DNA from: Eledone cirrhosa
Taxonomy: Eukaryota
NCBI GenBank assembly: GCA_964016885.1
Contig: OZ024748.1
Span: 37,138,001 to 37,202,000 of the forward strand
Length of the DNA: 64,000 bases
Direction: 5' to 3'
In this document: positions 51,301 through 64,000 of the stretch, piece after piece
Numbering within the stretch: the stretch's first letter is position 1
How the letters are laid out: the number at the start of each line of letters is the position of its first letter
The notes under the pieces: model-generated
Seen by the model: only the letters and a program-made list of their open reading frames with translations
Databases searched by the model: none
Told to the model about the DNA's origin: nothing
Position numbers and translations under genes: made by a program

Positions 51301-54300
51301 CTACCTCTAGATCTAGTATGACAATGTTAGTGTCAGTGTTAACTACCTCTAGATCTAGTGTGACAATGTTAGTGTCAGTGTTAACTACCTCAAGATCTAG
51401 TGTGACAATGTCAGTGTCAGTGTTAACTGCCTCTAGATCTAGTATGACAATGTCAGTGTCAGGGTTAACTACCTCAAGATCTAGTGTGACGATGTTAGTG
51501 TCAGTGTTAACTACCTCTAGATCTAGTATGACAATGTCAGTGTCAGTGTTAACTACCTCTAGATCTAGTGTGACAATGTCAGTGTCAGTGTTAACTACCT
51601 CTAGATCTAGTATGACAATGTCAGTGTCAGTGCTAACTACCTCTAGATCTAGTATGACAATGTCAGTGTCAGTGTTAACTACCTCTAGATCTAGTGTGAC
51701 AATGTCAGTGTCAGTGTTAACTACCTCTAGATCTAGTATGACAATGTCAGTGTCAGGGTTAACTACCTCAAGATCTAGTGTGACGATGTTAGTGTCAGTG
51801 TTAAATACCTCTAGATCTAGTATGACAATGTTAGTGTCAGTGTTAACTACGACTAGATCTAGTATGACAATGTTAGTGTCAGTGTTAACTACCTCTAGAT
51901 CTAGTATGACAATGTTAGTGTCAGTGTTAACTACCACTAGATCTAGTATGACAATGTCAGTGTCAGTGTTAACTACCACTAGATCTAGTATGACAATGTT
52001 AGTGTCAGTGTTAACTACCACTAGATCTAGTATGACAATGTCAGTGTCAGGGTTAACTACCTCAAGATCTAGTGTGACAATGTTAGTGTCAGTGTTAACT
52101 AACTCTAGATCTAGTATGACAATGTTAGTGTCAGTGTTAACTACCACTAGATCTAGTATGACAATGTCAGTGCCAGGGTTAACTACCTCAAGATCTAGTA
52201 TGACAATGTTAGTGTCAGTGTTATCTACCTCTAGATCTAGTATGACAATGTCAGTGTCAGTGTTAACTACCTCTAGATCTAGTATGACAATGTCAGTGTC
52301 AGTGTTATCTACCTCGAGATCTAGTATGACAATGTCAGTGTCAGTGTTAACTACCTCTAGATCTAGTATGACAATGTCAGTGTCAGTGTTAACTACCTGT
52401 AGATCTAGTATGACAATGTCAGTGACAGTGTTAACTACCTCTAGATCTAGTATGACAATGTTAGTGTCAGTGTTACCTACCTCTCGATCTAGTATGACAA
52501 TGTCAGTGTCAGTGTTAACTACCTCTAGATCTAGTATGACAATGTTAGTGTCTGTGTTAACTACCACTAGATCTAGTATGACAATGTCAGTGGCAGGGTT
52601 AACTACCTCAAGATCTAGTGTGACAATGTCAGTGTCAGTGTTAACTACCTCTAGATCTAGTATGACAATGTCAGTGTCAGTGTTAACTACCTCTAGATCT
52701 AGTATGACAATGTTAGTGTCAGTGTTAACTACCTCTAGATCTAGTATGACAATGTTAGTGTCAGTGTTAACTACCTCTAGATCTAGTGTGACAATGTTAG
52801 TGTCAGTGTTAACTACCTCAAGATCTAGTGTGACAATGTCAGTGTCAGTGTTAACTGCCTCTAGATCTAGTGTGACAATGTCAGTGTCAGTGTTAACTAC
52901 CTCTAGATCTAGTGTGACAATGTCAGTGTCAGTGTTAACTACCTCTAGATCTAGTATGACAATGTCAGTGTCAGGGTTAACTACCTCAAGATCTAATGTG
53001 ACGATGTTAGTGTCAGTGTTAAATACCTCTAGATCTAGTATGACAATGTTAGTGTCAGTGTTAACTACGACTAGATCTAGTATGACAATGTTAGTGTCAG
53101 TGTTAACTACCTCTAGATCTAGTATGACAATGTTAGTGTCAGTGTTAACTACCACTAGATCTAGTATGACAATGTCAGTGTCAGTGTTAACTACCACTAG
53201 ATCTAGTATGACAATGTTAGTGTCAGTGTTAACTACCACTAGATCTAGTATGACAATGTCAGTGTCAGGGTTAACTACCTCAAGATCTAGTGTGACAATG
53301 TTAGTGTCAGTGTTAACTAACTCTAGATCTAGTATGACAATGTTAGTGTCAGTGTTAACTACCACTAGATCTAGTATGACAATGTCAGTGCCAGGGTTAA
53401 CTACCTCAAGATCTAGTATGACAATGTTAGTGTCAGTGTTATCTACCTCTAGATCTAGTATGACAATGTCAGTGTCAGTGTTAACTACCTCTAGATCTAG
53501 TATGACAATGTCAGTGTCAGTGTTATCTACCTCGAGATCTAGTATGACAATGTCAGTGTCAGTGTTAACTACCTCTAGATCTAGTATGACAATGTCAGTG
53601 TCAGTGTTAACTACCTGTAGATCTAGTATGACAATGTCAGTGACAGTGTTAACTACCTCTAGATCTAGTATGACAATGTTAGTGTCAGTGTTACCTACCT
53701 CTCGATCTAGTATCACAATGTCAGTGTCAGTGTTAACTACCTCTAGATCTAGTATGACAATGTCAGTGTCAGTGTTATCTACCTCGAGATCTAGTATGAC
53801 AATGTCAGTGTCAGTGTTAACTACCTCTAGATCTAGTGAGACAATGTTAGTGTCAGTGTTAACTACCACTAGATCTAGTGTGACAATGTTAGTGTCAGTG
53901 TTAACTACCACTAGATCTAGTATGACAATGTCAGTGTCAGTGTTAACTACCTCTAGATCTAGTGTGACAATGTTAGTGTCAGTGTTAACTACCACTAGAT
54001 CTAGTATGACAATGTCAGTGTCAGTGTTAACTACCTCTAGATCTAGTATGACAATGTTAGTGTCAGTGTTAACTACCTCTAGATCTAGTGTGACAATGTC
54101 AGTGTCAGTGTTAACTACCTCTAGATCTAGTATGACAATGTTAGTGTCAGTGTTAACTATCTCTAGATCTAGTGTGACAATGTTAGTGTCAGTGTTAACT
54201 ACCTCTAGATCTAGTATGACTATGTCAGTGTCAGTGTTAACTACCTCTAGATCTAGTATGACAATGTCAGTGTCAGTGTTATACTACCTCTAGATCTAGT

Positions 54301-57300
54301 ATGACAATGTCAGTGTCAGTGTTAACTACCACAAGATCTAGTATGACAATGTCAGTGTCAGTGTTAACTACCTCTAAATCTGGTATGACAATGTCCGTGT
54401 CAGTGTTAACTACCACTAGATCTAGTATGACAATGTCAGTGTCAGTGTTAACTACCTCAAGATCTAGTGTGACAATGTTAGTGTCAGTGTTAACTACCTC
54501 TAGATCTAGTATGACAATGTCAGTGTCAGTGTTAACTACCACTAGATCTAGTATGACAATGTCAGAGTTAACTACCTCTAGATCTAGTATGACAATGTCA
54601 GTGTCAGTGTTAACTAACTCTAGATCTAGTATGACAATGTCAGTGTCAGTGTTAACTACCTCTAGATCTAGTATGACAATGTCAGTGTCAGTGTTAACTA
54701 CCTCTAGATCTAGTGTGACAATGTCAGTGTCAGTGCTAACTACCTCTAGATCTAGTATGACGATGTTAGTGTCAGTGTTAACTATCTCTAGATCTAGTGT
54801 GACAATGTTAGTGTCAGTGTTAACTACCTCTAGATATAGTATGACAATGTCAGTGTCAGTGTTAACTACCTCTAGATCTAGTATGACAATGTCAGTGTCA
54901 GTGTTAACTACCACAAGATCTAGTGTGACAATGTTAGTGTCAGTGTTAACTACCTCTAGATATAGTATGACAATGTCAATGTCAGTGTTTACTACCTCTA
55001 GATCCAGTATGACAATGTTAGTGTCAGTGTTAACTACCTCTAGATCTAGTGTGACAATGTTAGTGTCAGTGTTAACTACCTCTAGATATAGTATGACAAT
55101 GTTAGTGTCAGTGTTAACTACCTCTAGATCTAGTATGACAATGTTAGTGTCAGTGTTAACTACCTCTAGATCTAGTGTGACAATGTCAGTGTCAGTGTTA
55201 ACTACCTCTAGATCTAGTATGACAATGTTAGTGTCAGTGTTAACTATCTCTAGATCTAGTGTGACAATGTTAGTGTCAGTGTTAACTACCTCTAGATATA
55301 GTATGACAATGTCAGTGTCAGTGTTAACTACCTCTAGATCTAGTATGACAATGTCAGTGTCAGTGTTAACTACCTCTAGATCTAGTATGACAATGTCAGT
55401 GTCAGTGTTAACTACCTCTAGATCTAGTATGACAATGTCAGTGTCAGTGTTAACTACCACAAGATCTAGTATGACAATGTCAGTGTCAGTCTTAACTACC
55501 TCTAAATCTGGTATGACAATGGCCGTGTCAGTGTTAACTACCACTAGATCTAGTATGACAATGTCAGTGTCAGTGTTAACTACCTCAAGATCTAGTGTGA
55601 CAATGTTAGTGTCAGTGTTAACTACCTCTAGATCTAGTATGACAATGTCAGTGTCAGTGTTAACTACCACTAGATATAGTATGACAATGTCAGAGTTAAC
55701 TACCTCTAGATCTAGTATGACAATGTCAGTGTCAGTGTTAACTACCTCTAGATCTAGTATGACAATGTTAGTGTCAGTGTTAACTATCTCTAGATCTAGT
55801 GTGACAATGTTAGTGTCAGTGTTAACTACCTCTAGATATAGTATGACAATGTCAGTGTCAGTGTTAACTACCTCTAGATCTAGTATGACAATGTCAGTGT
55901 CATGGTTAACTACCTCTAGATCTAGTGTGACAATGTTAGTGTCAGTGTTAACTACCACTAGATCTAGTATGACAATGTCAGTGTCAGTGTTAACTACCTC
56001 TAGATCTAGTATGACAATGTTAGTGTCAGTGTTAACTACCACTAGATCTAGTATGACAATGTCAGTGTCAGGGTTAACTACCTCAAGATCTAGTGTGACA
56101 ATGTTAGTGTCAGTGTTAACTACCTCTAGATCTAGTATGACAATGTTAGTGTCTGTGTTAACTACCACTAGATCTAGTATGACAATGTCAGTGGCAGGGT
56201 TAACTACCTCAAGATCTAGTGTGACAATGTCAGTGTCAGTGTTAACTACCTCTAGATCTAGTATGACAATGTCAGTGTCAGTGTTAACTACCTCTAGATC
56301 TAGTATGACAATGTTAGTGTCAGTGTTAACTACCTCTAGATCTAGTATGACAATGTTAGTGTCAGTGTTAACTACCTCTAGATCTAGTGTGACAATGTTA
56401 GTGTCAGTGTTAACTACCTCAAGATGTAGTGTGACAATGTTAGTGTCATTGTTAACTACCTCTAGTTATAGTATGACAATGTTAGTGTCAGTGTTAACTA
56501 CCTGTAGATCTAGTATGACAATATCAGTGTCAGTGTTAACTACCTCTAGATCTAGTATGACAATGTTAGTGTCAGTGTTATCTACCTCTAGATCTAGTAT
56601 GACAATGTCAGTGTCAGTGTTAACTACCTCTAGATCTAGTGAGACGATGTTAGTGTCAGTGTTAACTACCTCTAGATCTAGTATGACAATGTCAGTGTCA
56701 GTGTTAAACTACCTCTAGATCTAGTATGACAATGTCAGTGTCAGTGTTAACTACCACAAGATCTAGTATGACAATGTCAGTGTCAGTGTTAACTACCTCT
56801 AAATCTGGTATGACAATGTCCGTGTCAGTGTTAACTACCACTAGATCTAGTATGACAATGTCAGTGTCAGTGTTAACTACCTCAAGATCTAGTGTGACAA
56901 TGTTAGTGTCAGTGTTAACTACCTCTAGATCTAGTATGACAATGTCAGTGTCAGTGTTAACTACCTCTAGATCTAGTATGACAATGTCAGAGTTAACTAC
57001 CTCTAGATCTAGTATGACAATGTCAGTGTCAGTGTTAACTACCTCTAGATCTAGTATGACAATGTCAGTGTCAGTGTTAACTACCTCTAGATCTAGTATG
57101 ACAATGTCAGTGTCAGTGTTAACTACCTCTAGATCTAGTGTGACAATGTCAGTGTCAGTATTAACTACCTCTAGATCTAGTATGACAATGTTAGTGTCAG
57201 TGTTAACTATCTCTAGATCTAGTGTGACAATGTTAGTGTCAGTGTTAACTACCTCTAGATATAGTATGACAATGTCAGTGTCAGTGTTAACTACCTCTAG

Positions 57301-60300
57301 ATCTAGTATGACAATGTCAGTGTCAGTGTTAACTACCACAAGATCTAGTGTGACAATGTTAGTGTCAGTGTTAACTACCTCTAGATATAGTATGACAATG
57401 TCAGTGTCAGTGTTTACTACCTCTAGATCCAGTATGACAATCTTAGTGTCAGTGTTAACTACCACAAGATCTAGTGTGACAATGTTAGTGTCAGTGTTAA
57501 CTACCTCTAGATATAGTATGACAATGTCAGTGTCAGTGTTTACTACCTCTAGATCTAGTATGACAATGTTAGTGTCAGTGTTAACTACCTCTAGATCTAG
57601 TGTGACAATGTTAGTGTCAGTGTTAACTACCTCTAGATATAGTATGACAATGTTAGTGTCAGTGTTAACTACCTCTAGATCTAGTATGACAATGTTAGTG
57701 TCAGTGTTAACTACCTCTAGATCTAGTGTGACAATGTTAGTGTCAGTGTTAACTACCTCCAAATAGAGTATGACAATGTCAGTGTCAGTGTTAACTACCT
57801 CTAGATCTAGTATGACAATGTCAGTGTCATGGTTAACTACCTCTAGATCTAGTGTGACAATGTTAGTGTCAGTGTTAACTACCACTAGATCTAGTATGAC
57901 AATGTCAGTGTCAGTGTTAACTACCTCTAGATCTAGTATGACAATGTTAGTGTCAGTGTTAACTACCACTAGATCTAGTATGACAATGTCAGTGTCAGGG
58001 TTAACTACCTCAAGATCTAGTGTGACAATGTTAGTGTCAGTGTTAACTACCTCTAGATCTAGTATGACAATGTTAGTGTCAGTGTTAACTACCACTAGAT
58101 CTAGTATGACAATGTCAGTGGCAGGGTTAACTACCTCAAGATCTAGTGTGACAATGTCAGTGTCAGTGTTAACTACCTCTAGATCTAGTATGACAATGTC
58201 AGTGTCAGTGTTAACTACCTCTAGATCTAGTATGACAATGTTAGTGTCAGTGTTAACTACCTCTAGATCTAGTATGACAATGTTAGTGTCAGTGTTAACT
58301 ACCTCTAGATCTAGTGTGACAATGTTAGTGTCAGTGTTAACTACCTCAAGATCTAGTGTGACAATGTTAGTGTCATTGTTAACTACCTCTAGTTATAGTA
58401 TGACAATGTTAGTGTCAGTGTTAACTACCTGTAGATCTAGTATGACAATATCAGTGTCAGTGTTAACTACCTCTAGATCTAGTATGACAATGTTAGTGTC
58501 AGTGTTATCTACCTCTAGATCTAGTATGACAATGTCAGTGTTAGTGTTAACTACCTCTAGATCTAGTGAGACGATGTTAGTGTCAGTGTTAACTACCTCT
58601 AGATCTAGTATGACAATGTCAGTGTCAGTGTTAAACTACCTCTAGATCTAGTATGACAATGTCAGTGTCAGTGTTAACTACCACAAGATCTAGTATGACA
58701 ATGTCAGTGTCAGTGTTAACTACCTCTAAATCTGGTATGACAATGTCCGTGTCAGTGTTAACTACCACTAGATCTAGTATGACAATGTCAGTGTCAGTGT
58801 TAACTACCTCAAGATCTAGTGTGACAATGTTAGTGTCAGTGTTAACTACCTCTAGATCTAGTATGACAATGTCAGTGTCAGTGTTAACTACCACTAGATC
58901 TAGTATGACAATGTCAGAGTTAACTACCTCTAGATCTAGTATGACAATGTCAGTGTCAGTGTTAACTACCTCTAGATCTAGTATGACAATGTCAGTGTCA
59001 GTGTTAACTACCTCTAGATCTAGTATGACAATGTCAGTGTCAGTGTTAACTACCTCTAGATCTAGTGTGACAATGTCAGTGTCAGTGTTAACTACCTCTA
59101 GATCTAGTATGACAATGTTAGTGTCAGTGTTAACAATCTCTAGATCTAGTGTGACAATGTTAGTGTCAGTGTTAACTACCTCTAGATCTAGTATGACAAT
59201 GTCAGTGACAGTGTTAACTACCACTAGATCTAGTATGACAATGTCAGAGTTAACTACCTCTAGATCTAGTATGACAATGTCAGTGTCAGTGTTAACTACC
59301 TCTAGATATAGTATGACAATGTCAGTGTCAGTGTTAACTACCTCTAGATCTAGTATGACAATGTCAGTGTCAGTGTTAACTACCACAAGATCTAGTGTGA
59401 CAATGTTAGTGTCAGTGTTAACTACCTCTAGATATAGTATGACAATGTCAGTGTCAGTGTTTACTACCTCTAGATCCAGTATGACAATGTTAGTGTCAGT
59501 GTTAACTACCTCTAGATCTAGTGTGACAATGTTAGTGTCAGTGTTAACTACCTCTAGATATAGTATGACAATGTTAGTGTCAGTGTTAACTACCTCTAGA
59601 TCTAGTATGACAATGTTAGTGTCAGTGTTAACTACCTCTAGATCTAGTGTGACAATGTCAGTGTCAGTGTTAACTACCTCTAGATCTAGTATGACAATGT
59701 TAGTGTCAGTGTTAACTATCTCTAGATCTAGTGTGACAATGTTAGTGTCAGTGTTAACTACCTCTAGATATAGTATGACAATGTCAGTGTCAGTGTTAAC
59801 TACCTCTAGATCTAGTATGACAATGTCAGTGTCAGTGTTAACTACCTCTAGATCTAGTATGACAATGTCAGTGTCAGTGTTAACTACCTCTAGATCTAGT
59901 ATGACAATGTCAGTGTCAGTGTTAACTACCACAAGATCTAGTATGACAATGTCAGTGTCAGTGTTAACTACCTCTAAATCTGGTATGACAATGTACGTGT
60001 CAGTGTTAACTACCACTAGATCTAGTATGACAATGTCAGTGTCAGTGTTAACTACCTCAAGATCTAGTGTGACAATGTTAGTGTCAGTGTTAACTACCTC
60101 TAGATCTAGTATGACAATGTCAGTGTCAGTGTTAACTACCACTAGATCTAGTATGTCAATGTCAGAGTTAACTACCTCTAGATCTAGTATGACAATGTCA
60201 GTGTCAGTGTTAACTACCTCTAGATCTAGTATGACAATGTCAGTGTCAGTGTTAACTACCTCTAGATCTAGTATGACAATGTCAGTGTCAGTGTTAACTA

Positions 60301-63300
60301 CCTCTAGATCTAGTGTGACAATGTCAGTGTCAGTGCTAACTACCTCTAGATCTAGTATGACGATGTTAGTGTCAGTGTTAACTATCTCTAGATCTAGTGT
60401 GACAATGTTAGTGTCAGTGTTAACTACCTCTAGATATAGTATGACAATGTCAGTGTCAGTGTTAACTACCTCTAGATCTAGTATGACAATGTCAGTGTCA
60501 GTGTTAACTACCACAAGATCTAGTGTGACAATGTTAGTGTCAGTGTTAACTACCTCTAGATATAGTATGACAATGTCAATGTCAGTGTTTACTACCTCTA
60601 GATCCAGTATGACAATGTTAGTGTCAGTGTTAACTACCTCTAGATCTAGTGTGACAATGTTAGTGTCAGTGTTAACTACCTCTAGATATAGTATGACAAT
60701 GTTAGTGTCAGTGTTAACTACCTCTAGATCTAGTATGACAATTTTAGTGTCAGTGTTAACTACCTCTAGATCTAGTGTGACAATGTCAGTGTCAGTGTTA
60801 ACTACCTCTAGATCTAGTATGACAATGTTAGTGTCAGTGTTAACTATCTCTAGATCTAGTGTGACAATGTTAGTGTCAGTGTTAACTACCTCTAGATATA
60901 GTATGACAATGTCAGTGTCAGTGTTAACTACCTCTAGATCTAGTATGACAATGTCAGTGTCAGTGTTAACTACCTCTAGATCTAGTATGACAATGTCAGT
61001 GTCAGTGTTAACTACCTCTAGATCTAGTATGACAATGTCAGTGTCAGTGTTAACTACCACAAGATCTAGTATGACAATGTCAGTGTCAGTCTTAACTACC
61101 TCTAAATCTGGTATGACAATGTCCGTGTCAGTGTTAACTACCACTAGATCTAGTATGACAATGTCAGTGTCAGTGTTAACTACCTCAAGATCTAGTGTGA
61201 CAATGTTAGTGTCAGTGTTAACTACCTCTAGATCTAGTATGACAATGTCAGTGTCAGTGTTAACTACCACTAGATCTAGTATGACAATGTCAGAGTTAAC
61301 TACCTCTAGATCTAGTATGACAATGTCAGTGTCAGTGTTAACTACCTCTAGATCTAGTATGACAATGTTAGTGTCAGTGTTAACTATCTCTAGATCTAGT
61401 GTGACAATGTCAGTGTCAGTGTTAACTACCTCTAGATCTAGTATGACAATGTCAGTGTCAGTGTTAACTACCACAATATCTAGTGTGACAATGTTAGTGT
61501 CAGTGTTAACTACCTCTAGATATAGTATGACAATGTCAGTGTCAGTGTTTACTACCTCTAGATCTAGTATGACAATGTTAGTGTCAGTGTTAACTACCTC
61601 TAGATCTAGTGTGACAATGTTAGTGTCAGTGTTAACTACCTCTAGATATAGTATGACAATGTTAGTGTCAGTGTTAACTACCTCTAGATCTAGTATGACA
61701 ATGTTAGTGTCAGTGTTAACTACCTCTAGATCTAGTGTGACAATGTTAGTGTCAGTGTTAACTACCTCCAAATGGAGTATGACAATGTCAGTGTCAGTGT
61801 TAACTACCTCTAGATCTAGTATGACAATGTCAGTGTCATGGTTAACTACCTCTAGATCTAGTGTGACAATGTTAGTGTCAGTGTTAACTACCACTAGATC
61901 TAGTATGACAATGTCAGTGTCAGTGTTAACTACCTCTAGATCTAGTATGACAATGTTAGTGTCAGTGTTAACTACCACTAGATCTAGTATGACAATGTCA
62001 GTATCAGGGTTAACTACCTCAAGATCTAGTGTGACAATGTTAGTGTCAGTGTTAACTACCTCTAGATCTAGTATGACAATGTTAGTGTCTGTGTTACCTA
62101 CCACTAGATCTAGTATGACAATGTCAGTGGCAGGGTTAACTACCTCAAGATCTAGTGTGACAATGTCAGTGTCATTGTTAACTACCTCTAGATCTAGTAT
62201 GACAATGTCAGTGTCAGTGTTAACTACCTCTAGATCTAGTATGACAATGTTAGTGTCAGTGTTAACTACCTCTAGATCTAGTATGACAATGTTAGTGTCA
62301 GTGTTAACTACCTCTAGATCTAGTGTGACAATGTTAGTGTCAGTGTTAACTACCTCAAGATCTAGTGTGACAATGTTAGTGTCATTGTTAACTACCTCTA
62401 GTTATAGTATGACAATGTTAGTGTCAGTGTTAACTACCTGTAGATCTAGTATGACAATATCAGTGTCAGTGTTAACTACCTCTAGATCTAGTATGACAAT
62501 GTTAGTGTCAGTGTTATCTACCTCTAGATCTAGTATGACAATGTCAGTGTCAGTGTTAACTACCTCTAGATCTAGTGAGACGATGTTAGTGTCAGTGTTA
62601 ACTACCTCTAGATCTAGTATGACAATGTCAGTGTCAGTGTTAAACTACCTCTAGATCTAGTATGACAATGTCAGTGTCAGTGTTAACTACCACAAGATCT
62701 AGTATGACAATGTCAGTGTCAGTGTTAACTACCTCTAAATCTGGTATGACAATGTCCGTGTCAGTGTTAACTACCACTAGATCTAGTATGACAATGTCAG
62801 TGTCAGTGTTAACTACCTCAAGATCTAGTGTGACAATGTTAGTGTCAGTGTTAACTACCTCTAGATCTAGTATGACAATGTCAGTGTCAGTGTTAACTAC
62901 CACTAGATCTAGTATGACAATGTCAGAGTTAACTACCTCTAGATCTAGTATGACAATGTCAGTGTCAGTGTTAACTACCTCTAGATCTAGTATGACAATG
63001 TCAGTGTCAGTGTTAACTACCTCTAGATCTAGTATGACAATGTCAGTGTCAGTGTTAACTACCTCTAGATCTAGTGTGACAATGTCAGTGTCAGTGTTAA
63101 CTACCTCTAGATCTAGTATGACAATGTTAGTGTCAGTGTTAACTATCTCTAGATCTAGTGTGACAATGTTAGTGTCAGTGTTAACTACCTCTAGATATAG
63201 TATGACAATGTCAGTGTCAGTGTTAACTACCTCTAGATCTAGTATGACAATGTCAGTGTCAGTGTTAACTACCACAAGATCTAGTGTGACAATGTTAGTG

Positions 63301-64000
63301 TCAGTGTTAACTACCTCTAGATATAGTATGACAATGTCAGTGTCAGTGTTTACTACCTCTAGATCCAGTATGACAATGTTAGTGTCAGTGTTAACTACCA
63401 CAAGATCTAGTGTGACAATGTTAGTGTCAGTGTTAACTACCTCTAGATATAGTATGACAATGTCAGTGTCAGTGTTTACTACCTCTAGATCTAGTATGAC
63501 AATGTTAGTGTCAGTGTTAACTACCTCTAGATCTAGTGTGACAATGTTAGTGTCAGTGTTAACTACCTCTAGATATAGTATGACAATGTTAGTGTCAGTG
63601 TTAACTACCTCTAGATCTAGTATGACAATGTTAGTGTCAGTGTTAACTACCTCTAGATCTAGTGTGACAATGTTAGTGTCAGTGTTAACTACCTCCAAAT
63701 AGAGTATGACAATGTCAGTGTCAGTGTTAACTACCTCTAGATCTAGTATGACAATGTCAGTGTCATGGTTAACTACCTCTAGATCTAGTGTGACAATGTT
63801 AGTGTCAGTGTTAACTACCACTAGATCTAGTATGACAATGTCAGTGTCAGTGTTAACTACCTCTAGATCTAGTATGACAATGTTAGTGTCAGTGTTAACT
63901 ACCACTAGATCTAGTATGACAATGTCAGTGTCAGGGTTAACTACCTCAAGATCTAGTGTGACAATGTTAGTGTCAGTGTTAACTACCTCTAGATCTAGTA
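33381..64000. repeat. 42-bp satellite array, about 730 units, runs off the window end
   Basis: Consensus AGTGTTAACTACCTCTAGATCTAGTRTGACAATGTYAGTGTC, highly homogeneous. Confidence 0.99.

Noticed and set aside
33381-64000. CRISPR array or confident giant CDS
   Set aside because: Contiguous monomers without spacers, no cas genes, eukaryotic context; coding status is unsupported.

Overview
Repeat-saturated animal genomic DNA with no confidently identifiable host gene. The tRNA-derived SINE and (TA)n load suggest an octopus-like cephalopod, which is an inference from recalled SINE sequence. 1.5-12.6 kb holds two diverged, decayed, near full-length Tx1-group (L1 clade) LINEs in tandem, with (CTAT)n at all three junctions. 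12.9-26.5 kb is a cluster of Penelope-like element (PLE) pieces in (TA)n tracts: one RT-thumb/GIY-YIG remnant, tandem pseudo-LTR-like units and several fold-back palindromes. By eye these contain several type I hammerhead ribozymes. They also contain eight copies of a conserved motif whose three hammerhead strands are in a rearranged, non-circularly permuted order with compensatory base changes; this is the most interesting signal. 28-32 kb is low-complexity and minisatellite DNA. 33.4-64 kb is a >30-kb 42-bp satellite with higher-order repeats, a diverged relic at its edge and long, probably spurious ORFs on both strands. All structures and coordinates were derived by eye.
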